In this document: piece after piece, positions 30,189-38,979 of the stretch | Position numbering within the stretch: the first letter of the stretch is position 1 | Layout: each line of letters begins with the position of its first letter | Source: an uncultured Alphaproteobacteria bacterium | GTDB lineage: Bacteria; Pseudomonadota; Alphaproteobacteria; Bin95 | Assembly: GCA_937891825.1 (NCBI GenBank) | Contig: CALAHN010000088.1 | Coordinates: 50,009 to 114,008, forward strand | Length of the DNA: 64,000 nucleotides | Direction: 5' to 3' | The notes under the pieces: generated by a model | What the model was told of the DNA's origin: nothing | Seen by the model: only the letters and a program-made list of their open reading frames with translations | The model's database searches: none | Program-made: the position numbers and the translations under genes

Positions 30189-31250
30189 ATGAGCGCGGAC
30201 ACGAGTTTCGATCAGGACAAGCTGGCGGCCGAATGGTCGGCGGAAACGGCCGATCACAATGATGAAAGCGACGACGCGGCCCTTTCGGCCGGATCGCGCG
30301 CGCTCAATCAGGACGAAATCGACAGCTTGCTCGGATTTGACGATGCTGCGTCGGCTGGCCAGGAAACCGGCCTGCAGGCGCTGGTCAGTACGGCGCTTGT
30401 CTCCTACGAGCGCTTGCCGATGCTGGAGGTCGTCTTCGATCGGCTGGCCCGCACGCTCTCCACCAGCCTCCGCAACCTGACGTCCGACAATGTCGAAGTC
30501 AGTCTCGAGAGCATCCGCTCGGTACGGTTCGGGGATTATCTGAACAGCATTCCCCTGCCGTCGATGATCTCAGTCTTCGAGGCCGAGGAATGGCGTGATT
30601 TCGGCGTTCTGACCGTCAATAGCGCGCTGATCTATTCGGTGGTCGACGTTTTGCTCGGCGGCCGGCGGTCGATGACGCAGATGCGGGCGGAAGGTCGGCC
30701 ATATACCACGATCGAGCGTAGTCTTGTGACTCGGCTCGTTAATGTCGTTCTCGGTGAAATGAGCAAGTCGTTCAAAAAGTTATGTACTGTCAATTTCCGC
30801 AATGACCGGCTTGAAACCAATCCGCGCTTTGCGATGATCGTGCGCCCCTCCAACGCGGCCGCCTTGATCGAGCTGCGGGTCGAAATGGAAGACCGCGGCG
30901 GCACGATCGAAATCGTCTTGCCCTACGGAACGCTTGAGCCGATCCGTGAGTTGCTCCTGCAGATGTTTCTTGGCGAGAAGTTCGGCGAAGACAATATCTG
31001 GGAACACCATCTTGCGGGCGAGCTGCGGGCGACCCGGGTCAAGGTCGATGCGGTGCTTGATCGCGTGACGGTGCCGCTGTCCGAAGTCCTGGCCTGGAAG
31101 CCCGGCAGTCAGGTGATGTTGAATGCCCAGCCCGATAGCCTGGTCGATATGCAGGCGGGCGGCGTGCCTATCCTGCGCGGCCGCATGGGCCGCAAGAACG
31201 ACAAGCTCGCGATCCAGGTGGAAGATCGCATCCTCGGGGAGCGCCATTAA
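30189..31250 (+). CDS. fliM: flagellar motor switch protein FliM
   Basis: 353 aa with FliM N-terminal CheY-binding region (LNQDEIDSLLGF) and middle domain. Confidence 0.9.
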   Translation: MSADTSFDQDKLAAEWSAETADHNDESDDAALSAGSRALNQDEIDSLLGFDDAASAGQETGLQALVSTALVSYERLPMLEVVFDRLARTLSTSLRNLTSDNVEVSLESIRSVRFGDYLNSIPLPSMISVFEAEEWRDFGVLTVNSALIYSVVDVLLGGRRSMTQMRAEGRPYTTIERSLVTRLVNVVLGEMSKSFKKLCTVNFRNDRLETNPRFAMIVRPSNAAALIELRVEMEDRGGTIEIVLPYGTLEPIRELLLQMFLGEKFGEDNIWEHHLAGELRATRVKVDAVLDRVTVPLSEVLAWKPGSQVMLNAQPDSLVDMQAGGVPILRGRMGRKNDKLAIQVEDRILGERH

Positions 31251-31679
31251 ATGCTATCCGAAATCGCAACGCCCCAGGTGATCCTCGCGCTTGACTGCGC
31301 GGTGCTCCTCGCGCTTACGGTCGCGATCGCTGTCGGCCTGCAGATCTTGCGCCGACTGCGGCGCCTGAATGCGGCGCGGACGGAATGGCTGGCCGAGCTT
31401 GATCGGTTCAGCGAACGCGCCGACGCGGCCGAATCTGGGCTTGAGCGTCTGCGGATCGCGCTCCTGGCCGAGGCCGAAACCCGCCGCGCCCGCGCCCGCG
31501 TCGTCGCCGATAGCAAGGCGGTCCGCGCCGATGCACGGCCGGCCGCCAAGGCCGGACCGACTGGGCCGTTCGCCAAAGCGCAGTCGCCGTCGGCGGGGGA
31601 AGCCAGGTCGGCGCCAGCGGCGTCGCCCGCCGGTTCAGCCGGGTTTGGCATGAAGCGCTCAATTCTGGGGATGCAATGA
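31251..31679 (+). CDS. hypothetical membrane/coiled-coil protein in the flagellar operon (not FliN)
   Basis: 142 aa with an N-terminal TM helix, a coiled-coil region and an Ala/Pro-rich tail. Start abuts the fliM stop. Confidence 0.5.
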   Translation: MLSEIATPQVILALDCAVLLALTVAIAVGLQILRRLRRLNAARTEWLAELDRFSERADAAESGLERLRIALLAEAETRRARARVVADSKAVRADARPAAKAGPTGPFAKAQSPSAGEARSAPAASPAGSAGFGMKRSILGMQ

Positions 31680-32278
31680 TGCGGCATTTGCTTCGACGCG
31701 CGTTCCACGGTCGCGGCTTGCTGATCATTGGCGCGGCGCTGCTTGCGGCGCCTGCAAGCTGGGCTGTTGCGCAAAGCGCGGCCGACACGCCGCAGGCCGA
31801 TGCTCCCGTCGCCGCGACGGAAGATGCCGCGCCGGTTCCGGAGGCCGCCCGGCCGTTGCTCTCCCTGCATCCGGGGGAGTTGGAAGTGCTGCGAAGTCTC
31901 GCCGAACGACGACGCGCGCTCGACGCCCGCGAGGCGGAGATCTACGAGCGCGAGCAGTTGGCGAAAGCCTTCGAGGAGCGCCTGTCCGAAGAAACCAAGT
32001 CCATCCGGACCTTGCAGGCGTCGCTGAAGGAGCAGGAAGCCAAGCTCGCCGCTGAGAAGGAAACGGTCAGCGCAGCCGAAGCCGAACGGTATCAACGCCT
32101 GGCCAAGGCATACAAGTCGATGAAGCCACGGGATGCCGCACGGCTCTTCGACGATCTCGATCTGGAACTTCTGACAGCGATCGCCCGTGAAATTTCGCCG
32201 CGCGTGCTGGCGCCGGTCATGGCGAAAATGAAGCCGGAAAAAGCCCGCGCCCTGACGGAAGCATTAACCAGCGGATGA
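31676..32278 (+). CDS. motE: MotE/FlbB-like periplasmic flagellar protein (MgtE-N-like domain)
   Basis: Signal peptide, coiled coil, and C-terminal YKSMKPRDAARLFDDLDLELLTAIAREISPRVLAPVMAKM pattern typical of MotE. Confidence 0.65.
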   Translation: MMRHLLRRAFHGRGLLIIGAALLAAPASWAVAQSAADTPQADAPVAATEDAAPVPEAARPLLSLHPGELEVLRSLAERRRALDAREAEIYEREQLAKAFEERLSEETKSIRTLQASLKEQEAKLAAEKETVSAAEAERYQRLAKAYKSMKPRDAARLFDDLDLELLTAIAREISPRVLAPVMAKMKPEKARALTEALTSG

Positions 32279-32368
32279 CTTTTCGAGCATCAAGATGACA
32301 TCGACCGATCTACAACCGCTGAAGCGGGCGATTGTTTCAATGCAACCAAAGGCGATAAAGGCCGGACA

Positions 32369-32752
32369 ATGACTATCAGCGCTACCATGCCAATTCTGAT
32401 CGTCGACGACTATCCGACGATGCTTCAGATCATCCGGCGCTTGCTGCGCGAGGCTGGGTTTGAAAACGTCGATGCGGTGAGCAGCGGCGGCGAAGCGCTC
32501 CGTAAACTGCGGGAGCGGGAATACGGCATGGTGATTTCGGACTGGCATATGAAAACGATGACCGGATTGTCGCTCCTGAAGGAAATCCGCGCTGACAAGC
32601 GGCTCAAGGAGTTGCCCTTCATCATGATCACGGCGGAGAGCACGCCCGGCCTTGTCACTGCCGCGAAGGATGCCGGCGTCAGCAATTACATCGTGAAGCC
32701 GTTCACTGCGGCGACGCTCCGAACGCGCATCATCAGCGCGACTGCGGCATAA
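32369..32752 (+). CDS. cheY: chemotaxis response regulator CheY
   Basis: Very close to E. coli CheY: ILIVDDYPTM, ISDWHMKTMTGLSLLKEIRAD, KPFTAATL. Confidence 0.85.
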   Translation: MTISATMPILIVDDYPTMLQIIRRLLREAGFENVDAVSSGGEALRKLREREYGMVISDWHMKTMTGLSLLKEIRADKRLKELPFIMITAESTPGLVTAAKDAGVSNYIVKPFTAATLRTRIISATAA

Positions 32753-32765
32753 GGGAACCCCGTCA

Positions 32766-35738
32766 ATGGGATACGCCAGCGAAGGTCGTCAGCGACGGCG
32801 CAACCGACTTCTGGCGAGCGTCGCGCTCGTCGCTTGCATGCTGGCGGCGCCAGCGCCAGCGCTTTCGGCCGACGCCGATCTCATCAAGGTTCGGGTCGGC
32901 CGACATGCGGATTTCATGCGCGTGGTCTTCGATTGGCCGGCTGAAACCGGATATGCGGTCGAACTGACGCCGACTGGCCCGATCGTGAAATTCCAGGCGC
33001 CGAACCTGTTCGATTTCGGGCGGCTTGAACGCCAGGGGCAGGTGCAGGCGACTGCCGTCCGCGAAGGCGTGGCGGCGCTAGCCCATGCCGGAACGAAAAG
33101 CGTGAAGCATTTCCGGCACGGCAATAGCGTGGTCGTCGACCTGTACCGCAATGAGAAGGGTGAGGTCTTGCCGGCAGTCGCGCCCCCGCCGCAGCCGCCC
33201 GCGCCAGCGCTTGAGGCGGCCGCTGCGCCAGAGGCCGACGTGTCTAAACCGAAAGGGGAAGACGATATTTCAGCCCCAGCCACAGCGGCGGCGGCAGCCG
33301 AGGCCGATGCAGGCGACGCTGCCGATGCGGCGACGGATGCCGCTACATCTGCGCCGGCCTTGGGCGAAATTCCTCCGGCCGATCTGGCGGCCGCGGATCG
33401 TCCGGAGCCGCCTCCCGAAGTCGCGGCCGCGCTTGGCCTTGAAGTGGACGCGGTCGCTGGCGGATTGCAATTGACCCTCGCTGCGCCCGACGCGCGGGTC
33501 GCCGCATTCACCCGCTCAGGCGCGCACTGGGTCGTGGTCGACCGACCGGGCGCCATCGATCTTACGCCTGCGAATGCCGCTGGCCTCGATGTCGTCCAGT
33601 TGCCCGCGCCGGATAAGGTCATTCTTCATTTCGCGGCGCGACAGCATCCGGCGATGACGGCCGCGCGGACGCCTGAGGGATGGGCGTTTACCTTCCGCCA
33701 AAGAACCTCCGGCGAGGGCAAGGGCGTTCAGATCGTCCGGCAACATGAATCGCCGACCGGGCCGCGCCTGGTCGTGCGCCAGTTGGGTGATGCGTCGATC
33801 ATGCGGTTGGTCGACCCGGAAGTCGGCGATGTGCTGTTCGCTGTCGCCACCGTCGATAATCGCCGCGTCATCCAGGCGCACAGCTTGCCGGATGTCGACA
33901 TGCCGGAGACGGCGAACGGACTCGTCGTCGTGCCGCGCACCGAAGGTGTGGCGGCGCGCTTGCAGAACGGGATGCTATCCGTCGCGATGCAGGGCGGCTT
34001 GCGCATGTCCGCCGAGAACCGGCTCGATGTGATGGAGCCGAATATTCAACGGAGCCGGATACAGCCGGCCGCATGGCGCGGGAATGACCGGAGCTATGCC
34101 GATGGTCTCCGCAAACGATTCCAGGCGTTTTACGGCGTCGCAGACTTTGCGCGGAATCCCTTGCGGCTCGAACTCGCGAAATTTGCGCTCGGCCATGGCT
34201 ATGCGGCTGAAGCGATCGGGTTTTTGACGACGATCGCGATGAGCGACCACATGGTCGAATCCGATCCCGCCTTCAAAGCCATGCGCGGCATCGCGCGGGC
34301 GATGCTCGGTCAATTCGATCTCGCGGCTCCGGACCTTGACGATCCGGCTCTCGCCGGAGATCCGCAGGTCGAGCTTTGGCGCGCCTTGAGCCTCCATGAA
34401 ACCGGCGCGGATCGCTTCTCCGCCGCGAAATTCAGGCGGTACTGGATGGCTGCGTCGGCATGGCCGGAACGGCTGCAACTCCGGCTTGGGATGGCGGGCG
34501 GCGAGGCGGCCCTGGCCGCCGGGTTGCCAGCCTTGGCCGAGCAGTTCCTGAACAGCACGGCGAAAAACATGCAATCGCGGACCGCGCTCGCAGCGCTTGG
34601 CGTTGTCGATGGCGGCGTCAAAGTCGCGCGCGGGGACGTCGACGAGGCGATCGCCAGCTTCGAAGTCGCCAAGCGCCTGGGCGGACCGGCGGCGGCTGCG
34701 AAGGCAGAGTTGCAGCTTGTGCGCCTGGAAAGTCGGGAAGGTCGGATTACGACCGACGCTGCGGCCGACCGTCTCGCCGGATTGCAGATCCGCTGGCGGG
34801 GCGACCGCACCGAATATGAGACCTTGAAGCTGTTGGGCGCCCTGAAGCTGGAGGGCAGCCACTTCCGAGAAGGCTTCGAGGCATTGAGCGAGGCGGCCCA
34901 CGTCTTCGGGCCCATTCTGGATACGACCGACGTCCGCGCCGCAATGTCGGACGGATTTGAAAAGGCGTTTCTGAGCGACGCGGCGAAGGACCTGTCGGCG
35001 ATCGAAGCTGTCGCGCTGTTCAAGGACTTCGAACAACTGGCCCCGCCAGGCAATCGCGGGGACAAGGCGCTCGCCGTGCTGGCCGAACGTTTGCTGTCGC
35101 TCGACTTGCTTGATGAAGCGGACGAAACCCTGGACCATCTGGTCCGGCGTCGGCTGCAGGGCCCCATGCTCGCCGATATCGGCGCGACACTGGCCTTCAT
35201 GCGCATCGACAGGCGCGATTGGAGCGGCGCGTTGGCCGCCCTGGATCAAAGCAAGGCTGAGCCGCAAGAGAAATCCGTCGCGCTCCGCCGACGGGAGGCG
35301 CGGGCCGAGGCGCTGGCAGGGCTTGGCAGGATGCCAGAAGCGCTCGCGCTGCTCCGGGATTCGGACGATCTTGGCGGATTGTCCCTTAAGGCCCGCATGG
35401 CTTGGCGGGCCGGTGATTGGATCGCGACGCGGGCAGCCTATCGAAGTCTCGCCGCCATCGATGCCTATACCGCCGATCCGCTGGCGCGCGATGATGAGGC
35501 GGCGGTGCTCCGATGGACCGTCGCGGCGACGATGCTGAACAATAAGGCCGAGGTCCAGTCTGTCGCGGCGTCCTACATCGACCGTATGCAGGATGAGACC
35601 TTGAAGGCCGCGATGCAGGCATTGGCGACGCCGGGCGCCGAGCAGGGCGAAGGCCTGGCGGCGGCCCGCGCGGCGATCGCCAGCGTGGAATCGCTCGCTG
35701 GCGCCCTAGACGCCTACCGCGCCGCGCGACAGGGCTGA
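32766..35738 (+). CDS. secreted 990-aa protein: signal peptide, AMIN-like beta domain(s), Pro/Ala-rich linker and C-terminal TPR-like helical repeats
   Basis: Long ORF with normal codon usage inside the flagellar locus. N-terminal signal peptide; VRVGRHADFMRVVFDWPAETGYAVEL matches AMIN-domain logic; C-terminal ~450 aa is helical-repeat rich. Confidence 0.6.
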   Translation: MGYASEGRQRRRNRLLASVALVACMLAAPAPALSADADLIKVRVGRHADFMRVVFDWPAETGYAVELTPTGPIVKFQAPNLFDFGRLERQGQVQATAVREGVAALAHAGTKSVKHFRHGNSVVVDLYRNEKGEVLPAVAPPPQPPAPALEAAAAPEADVSKPKGEDDISAPATAAAAAEADAGDAADAATDAATSAPALGEIPPADLAAADRPEPPPEVAAALGLEVDAVAGGLQLTLAAPDARVAAFTRSGAHWVVVDRPGAIDLTPANAAGLDVVQLPAPDKVILHFAARQHPAMTAARTPEGWAFTFRQRTSGEGKGVQIVRQHESPTGPRLVVRQLGDASIMRLVDPEVGDVLFAVATVDNRRVIQAHSLPDVDMPETANGLVVVPRTEGVAARLQNGMLSVAMQGGLRMSAENRLDVMEPNIQRSRIQPAAWRGNDRSYADGLRKRFQAFYGVADFARNPLRLELAKFALGHGYAAEAIGFLTTIAMSDHMVESDPAFKAMRGIARAMLGQFDLAAPDLDDPALAGDPQVELWRALSLHETGADRFSAAKFRRYWMAASAWPERLQLRLGMAGGEAALAAGLPALAEQFLNSTAKNMQSRTALAALGVVDGGVKVARGDVDEAIASFEVAKRLGGPAAAAKAELQLVRLESREGRITTDAAADRLAGLQIRWRGDRTEYETLKLLGALKLEGSHFREGFEALSEAAHVFGPILDTTDVRAAMSDGFEKAFLSDAAKDLSAIEAVALFKDFEQLAPPGNRGDKALAVLAERLLSLDLLDEADETLDHLVRRRLQGPMLADIGATLAFMRIDRRDWSGALAALDQSKAEPQEKSVALRRREARAEALAGLGRMPEALALLRDSDDLGGLSLKARMAWRAGDWIATRAAYRSLAAIDAYTADPLARDDEAAVLRWTVAATMLNNKAEVQSVAASYIDRMQDETLKAAMQALATPGAEQGEGLAAARAAIASVESLAGALDAYRAARQG

Positions 35739-35852
35739 TCGCTAGCGACAGCCGCGCCGCCGATCCTTTCGAGTTCTTGCCAGGATAATGCGGCGGCCGT
35801 TGGCGCTGCCGCCACAGGCGGGCTTGGTCGAGCAGGCGGTTCCCGCCGACGT

Positions 35853-36602
35853 TCAGCCGTAGGATTGGGCCATGCTGCCCGCGACCAGCCGCCAGCCATC
35901 CACCAGAACAAAGAAGATCAGTTTGAACGGCATGGAGATCATGATCGGCGGCAGCATCATCATGCCCATAGACATGAGGACGGATGCGACGAGCATGTCG
36001 ATCACCAGGAACGGGATAAACAGGAGGAAGCCGATTTCGAACGCCCGGCGCAGCTCGCTGATCATGAATGCCGGCGCAAGCGCCTTCAATGGCGTCTCGG
36101 CCGCGGTCGCGGGCGTATCGGACTTCGACATATCCAGGAACAATTGTAGATCTTCGTCCCGGACATGCTTCAACATGAAGGTCCGGAGCGGATCGACCGC
36201 CCGAGTAAGCGCTTGCTCCTCAGTGATCTGTTCGGCCAACAGCGGTTGGACTGCTTCCTCGTAGATCGCCCGGAATGTCGGCTCCATGATGAACGCCGTC
36301 AGGAAGAGGGCGAGGCTGATCAGAACGATGTTCGGCGGCGCTTGCTGGGTCCCGAGCGCGCTCCGCAGAAATGACAGCACGACGACGATCCGGGTGAACG
36401 ATGTCGCCATCACCAGGATCGAGGGCGCCAGGCTCAGGACCGTCAGCATCACCACAAGCTGGATGATGCGCGCGGTCGAGGACGTCCCTTCGCCGCCGCC
36501 AAGGTCGATCGAGATCGATTGGGCCAGGGCGGGCGCGGCGACCGCCGCGGCGGCTATTCCCACCGTCGCGGCGAGGATCAAGCGCAAGCGAAGACTAAGC
36601 AT
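35853..36602 (-). CDS. fliP: flagellar export apparatus protein FliP
   Basis: Start at MLSLRLRL (36602), 249 aa. Conserved FliP TM core (MTSFTRIVVVLSFLR...MLPPIMISMPFKL). Confidence 0.9.
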   Translation of the reverse strand: MLSLRLRLILAATVGIAAAAVAAPALAQSISIDLGGGEGTSSTARIIQLVVMLTVLSLAPSILVMATSFTRIVVVLSFLRSALGTQQAPPNIVLISLALFLTAFIMEPTFRAIYEEAVQPLLAEQITEEQALTRAVDPLRTFMLKHVRDEDLQLFLDMSKSDTPATAAETPLKALAPAFMISELRRAFEIGFLLFIPFLVIDMLVASVLMSMGMMMLPPIMISMPFKLIFFVLVDGWRLVAGSMAQSYG

Positions 36603-36897
36603 CGGCCAGGCGCTCCATGTCGGTCGTCGCCGACGCAGCGGGGACGGGGAGGGTATCGAGCAGTAAATCGGTTTCGCCGCCGAGAAGCAGCACATGCTCC
36701 TTGTCGTCGGCGCGAACAATCACGAGCCGGCGCTTCGCGTCGATGCCCATGGCTTCAACAAGCTGCAGCCGTCGTCCGCCGCCGCGCTTCGTCGGGATGC
36801 CGCGCCAGCGCTTGGCGACATAGGAGAGGAGCGCGATCAGGCCGACGACAAGGGCAAAGGCGGCGATAAAGCGGAGAGCGGAACCGAGATCAAGCAT
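36595..36897 (-). CDS. fliO: flagellar biosynthesis protein FliO (probable)
   Basis: 100 aa with a single TM helix then RRLQLVEAMGIDAKRRLVIVRADDKEHVLLLG. Sits immediately upstream of, and overlapping, fliP. Confidence 0.55.
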   Translation of the reverse strand: MLDLGSALRFIAAFALVVGLIALLSYVAKRWRGIPTKRGGGRRLQLVEAMGIDAKRRLVIVRADDKEHVLLLGGETDLLLDTLPVPAASATTDMERLADA

Positions 36898-36909
36898 TGC
36901 GGTCGCCGA

Positions 36910-37242
36910 CTATCGACCGACGCGCCGGCCATAGGCGGCTTGCGCCTGCCGGTTGGCGGCGGTCCGGCCAAGCTGATTGGCGCTATCCTGGCGCTGGCGC
37001 TTGATCTTCAGGTGCAGCACGTCGAGATCGGCCACCAGATTGAGCAGCGCCATCCGGACTTCGCCGCTCTGGCGGCCATTGGTCGAAGCGGCGGCTGCAA
37101 GGTCGACCTGGGTCTCGACTTCTTTCAGATCGATATCGGCCTGGGTCTCAAGGGCGTGAACGGCGCGTTTGACGGCGCCGCGGGCTGCCTTCAGGCCGGC
37201 GAGAACCTCGGCTTCCTGGTTTTCATAGGCAATTTCGGTCAT
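36910..37242 (-). CDS. hypothetical coiled-coil protein in the csrA-fliP operon (FliJ/FlgN-like?)
   Basis: 110 aa, helical and charged; no confident family. Confidence 0.45.
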   Translation of the reverse strand: MTEIAYENQEAEVLAGLKAARGAVKRAVHALETQADIDLKEVETQVDLAAAASTNGRQSGEVRMALLNLVADLDVLHLKIKRQRQDSANQLGRTAANRQAQAAYGRRVGR

Positions 37243-37535
37243 GGTCGTGGTTTCCTTTGCGCGGGTTTCGCGCGGTCATTCAGCCCGTAGAGGCCATCCA
37301 GCAACGCGGCCGTTAGAGCGGTCGCTGCGTCGGAGCCGACGGTCGCGGGGTCCAGGGCTGAGAGGACTTCGACGAGGTCGCTGTCCTTTTGTATCGGCAC
37401 GCCGCGCTCCGCGGCGACCGCCAGCATGGCGTCCGCGACTGAACCCCGTCCGGCCGCAAGCGCGCGGGCGCCCCCGGGGCCGCCAATGGCGACCGCGCGA
37501 GAGCGAGGCTTTCCGGATGTCGAGCGTTCAGGCAT
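37239..37535 (-). CDS. FlhB C-terminal-domain paralog (EscU/YscU/FlhB-C-like small protein, YlqH type)
   Basis: Start at MPERSTSG (37535), ~98 aa. AVAIGG...GRGSVADAMLAVAAERGVPIQKDSDLVEVL aligns with the FlhB C-terminus (compare [33 protein letters not shown] in flhB at 40350) but lacks NPTH. Confidence 0.65.
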   Translation of the reverse strand: MPERSTSGKPRSRAVAIGGPGGARALAAGRGSVADAMLAVAAERGVPIQKDSDLVEVLSALDPATVGSDAATALTAALLDGLYGLNDRAKPAQRKPRP

Positions 37536-37658
37536 GGAGGGCGGCGCCACGATGTAATTGCAGCTAAGCCGGTAACATGCGGGAACTATGGTTAACGGAT
37601 CGTTGCGCTTGATCCGCCGGCGCGTGAAGGCCTGCAAGGCAGGCGCTGACGGCCGGGA

Positions 37659-37907
37659 CTATTCGGGCGGCCGTCGGTTCAGCGGATCGCCAGCGGCGCT
37701 GGACAGCTCGTCCAGGAGCGACGTGCCGTCGGCGGCGGCGCGGTTCTCGCTTTGCACCCGCTCGAATATTTCGCGGCGCAGCACGGAGGCATTCGCAGGG
37801 AATGTGAAGCCAAGGCGGACCGAGCGTCCGCGCACTTCGATCACGGTCACCTCGATATCGCCATTGATTACGACACTCTCCCCGATTTTCCGGGTGAGGT
37901 AGAGCAT
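37659..37907 (-). CDS. csrA: carbon storage regulator CsrA-family RNA-binding protein
   Basis: MLYLTRKIGESVVINGDIEVTVIEVRGRSVRLGFTFPANASVLRREIFERVQ aligns with CsrA along its full core. Has a ~30-aa C-terminal extension. Confidence 0.8.
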   Translation of the reverse strand: MLYLTRKIGESVVINGDIEVTVIEVRGRSVRLGFTFPANASVLRREIFERVQSENRAAADGTSLLDELSSAAGDPLNRRPPE

Positions 37908-38060
37908 ACTGAAGACCTTGCTGCCCGCAGCGGCCGGCTCGCTGCAGGGTTAAGTTAATCCGCGCTTTCCAAAGGCCAGTGTAGCCTTCTTAACCCGGAG
38001 TTTACAATCCGACAGTTAAGGTTTCGTCTAACTTGCAGACAATTTGATCGTGACAACCCC

Positions 38061-38525
38061 ATGCAGCCATCCAATTTATCGGTGTTCCAGCGCCTGACGG
38101 CGAAAATGCGCTGGCTGACCGAACGGCAGACGGTGATCGCGCAGAATGTCGCGAATGTCGATACGCCTGGCTTCCAGGCGCGTGAGTTGAAACCGTTGAA
38201 CTTCCGCAGCCAGCTCAACATGGCGATGGCGGAGGTCAAGGGCGGCCCCGGCCTCGGCGCCGTCAGCTTGAACGGCATCGGGAGCGTGGACAGCGGGCCT
38301 GGCGCGGGGGAGGTGAAGCATATGCGCCTTGCCTCCGCGTCGCATCAACCGAACACCCAGGACTTCAGGCACGGTCAGGAACAGACCATTTCCGGCAATT
38401 CCGTCGACCTTGAGCATGAGTTGAAGAAGTCTTCGGACACGGCGCTGGAATACCAGACCATGTCCCACCTCTACCGCAAGCAACTGGAATTGCTGCGGAT
38501 GGCCGTGCAGAGCAACAACGGATAA
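38061..38525 (+). CDS. flgB: flagellar proximal rod protein FlgB
   Basis: Contains QNVANVDTPGFQAR and a conserved C-terminal region. Confidence 0.9.
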   Translation: MQPSNLSVFQRLTAKMRWLTERQTVIAQNVANVDTPGFQARELKPLNFRSQLNMAMAEVKGGPGLGAVSLNGIGSVDSGPGAGEVKHMRLASASHQPNTQDFRHGQEQTISGNSVDLEHELKKSSDTALEYQTMSHLYRKQLELLRMAVQSNNG

Positions 38526-38543
38526 CTCAGGAGAGCAGGCGTC

Positions 38544-38954
38544 ATGTCGTTCAATACTGCGATGGAAACCGCGGTCTCGGGAATGCGCGCGCAGACCAAG
38601 CGCCTGCGTGTCGTCGCGGAAAACCTTGCGAACTCGGATACGACATCCGCCACGCCGGGCGGGGACCCGTATCGGCGGAAAACCATTTCGTTCCGCTCGA
38701 TCGTCGACCGGGAAACGGGCATCGCCAAGGTCAAGGTCGACAAGATCGGGCGCGACGATTCCGCGTTCCAGACCGTCTATCAGCCAGGTCATCCGAGCGC
38801 CGACGCCGAGGGCTATGTCCTTCGCCCGAATGTCTCGCGGACGGTCGAAATCATGGACATGCAGGAAGCGCAGCGCAGCTACGAAGCCAATCTGACCTTG
38901 CTGACCGGCGCCAAGAACATGCTGCAACGCACGATCGATCTTCTGCGGTCCTGA
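38544..38954 (+). CDS. flgC: flagellar proximal rod protein FlgC
   Basis: MSFNTAMETAVSGMRAQTKRLRVVAENLANSDTT and an EMxxMxxAQRSYEAN C-terminus. Confidence 0.95.
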   Translation: MSFNTAMETAVSGMRAQTKRLRVVAENLANSDTTSATPGGDPYRRKTISFRSIVDRETGIAKVKVDKIGRDDSAFQTVYQPGHPSADAEGYVLRPNVSRTVEIMDMQEAQRSYEANLTLLTGAKNMLQRTIDLLRS

Positions 38955-38979
38955 CCGCAGCCGACACCCCCCATAAAGG

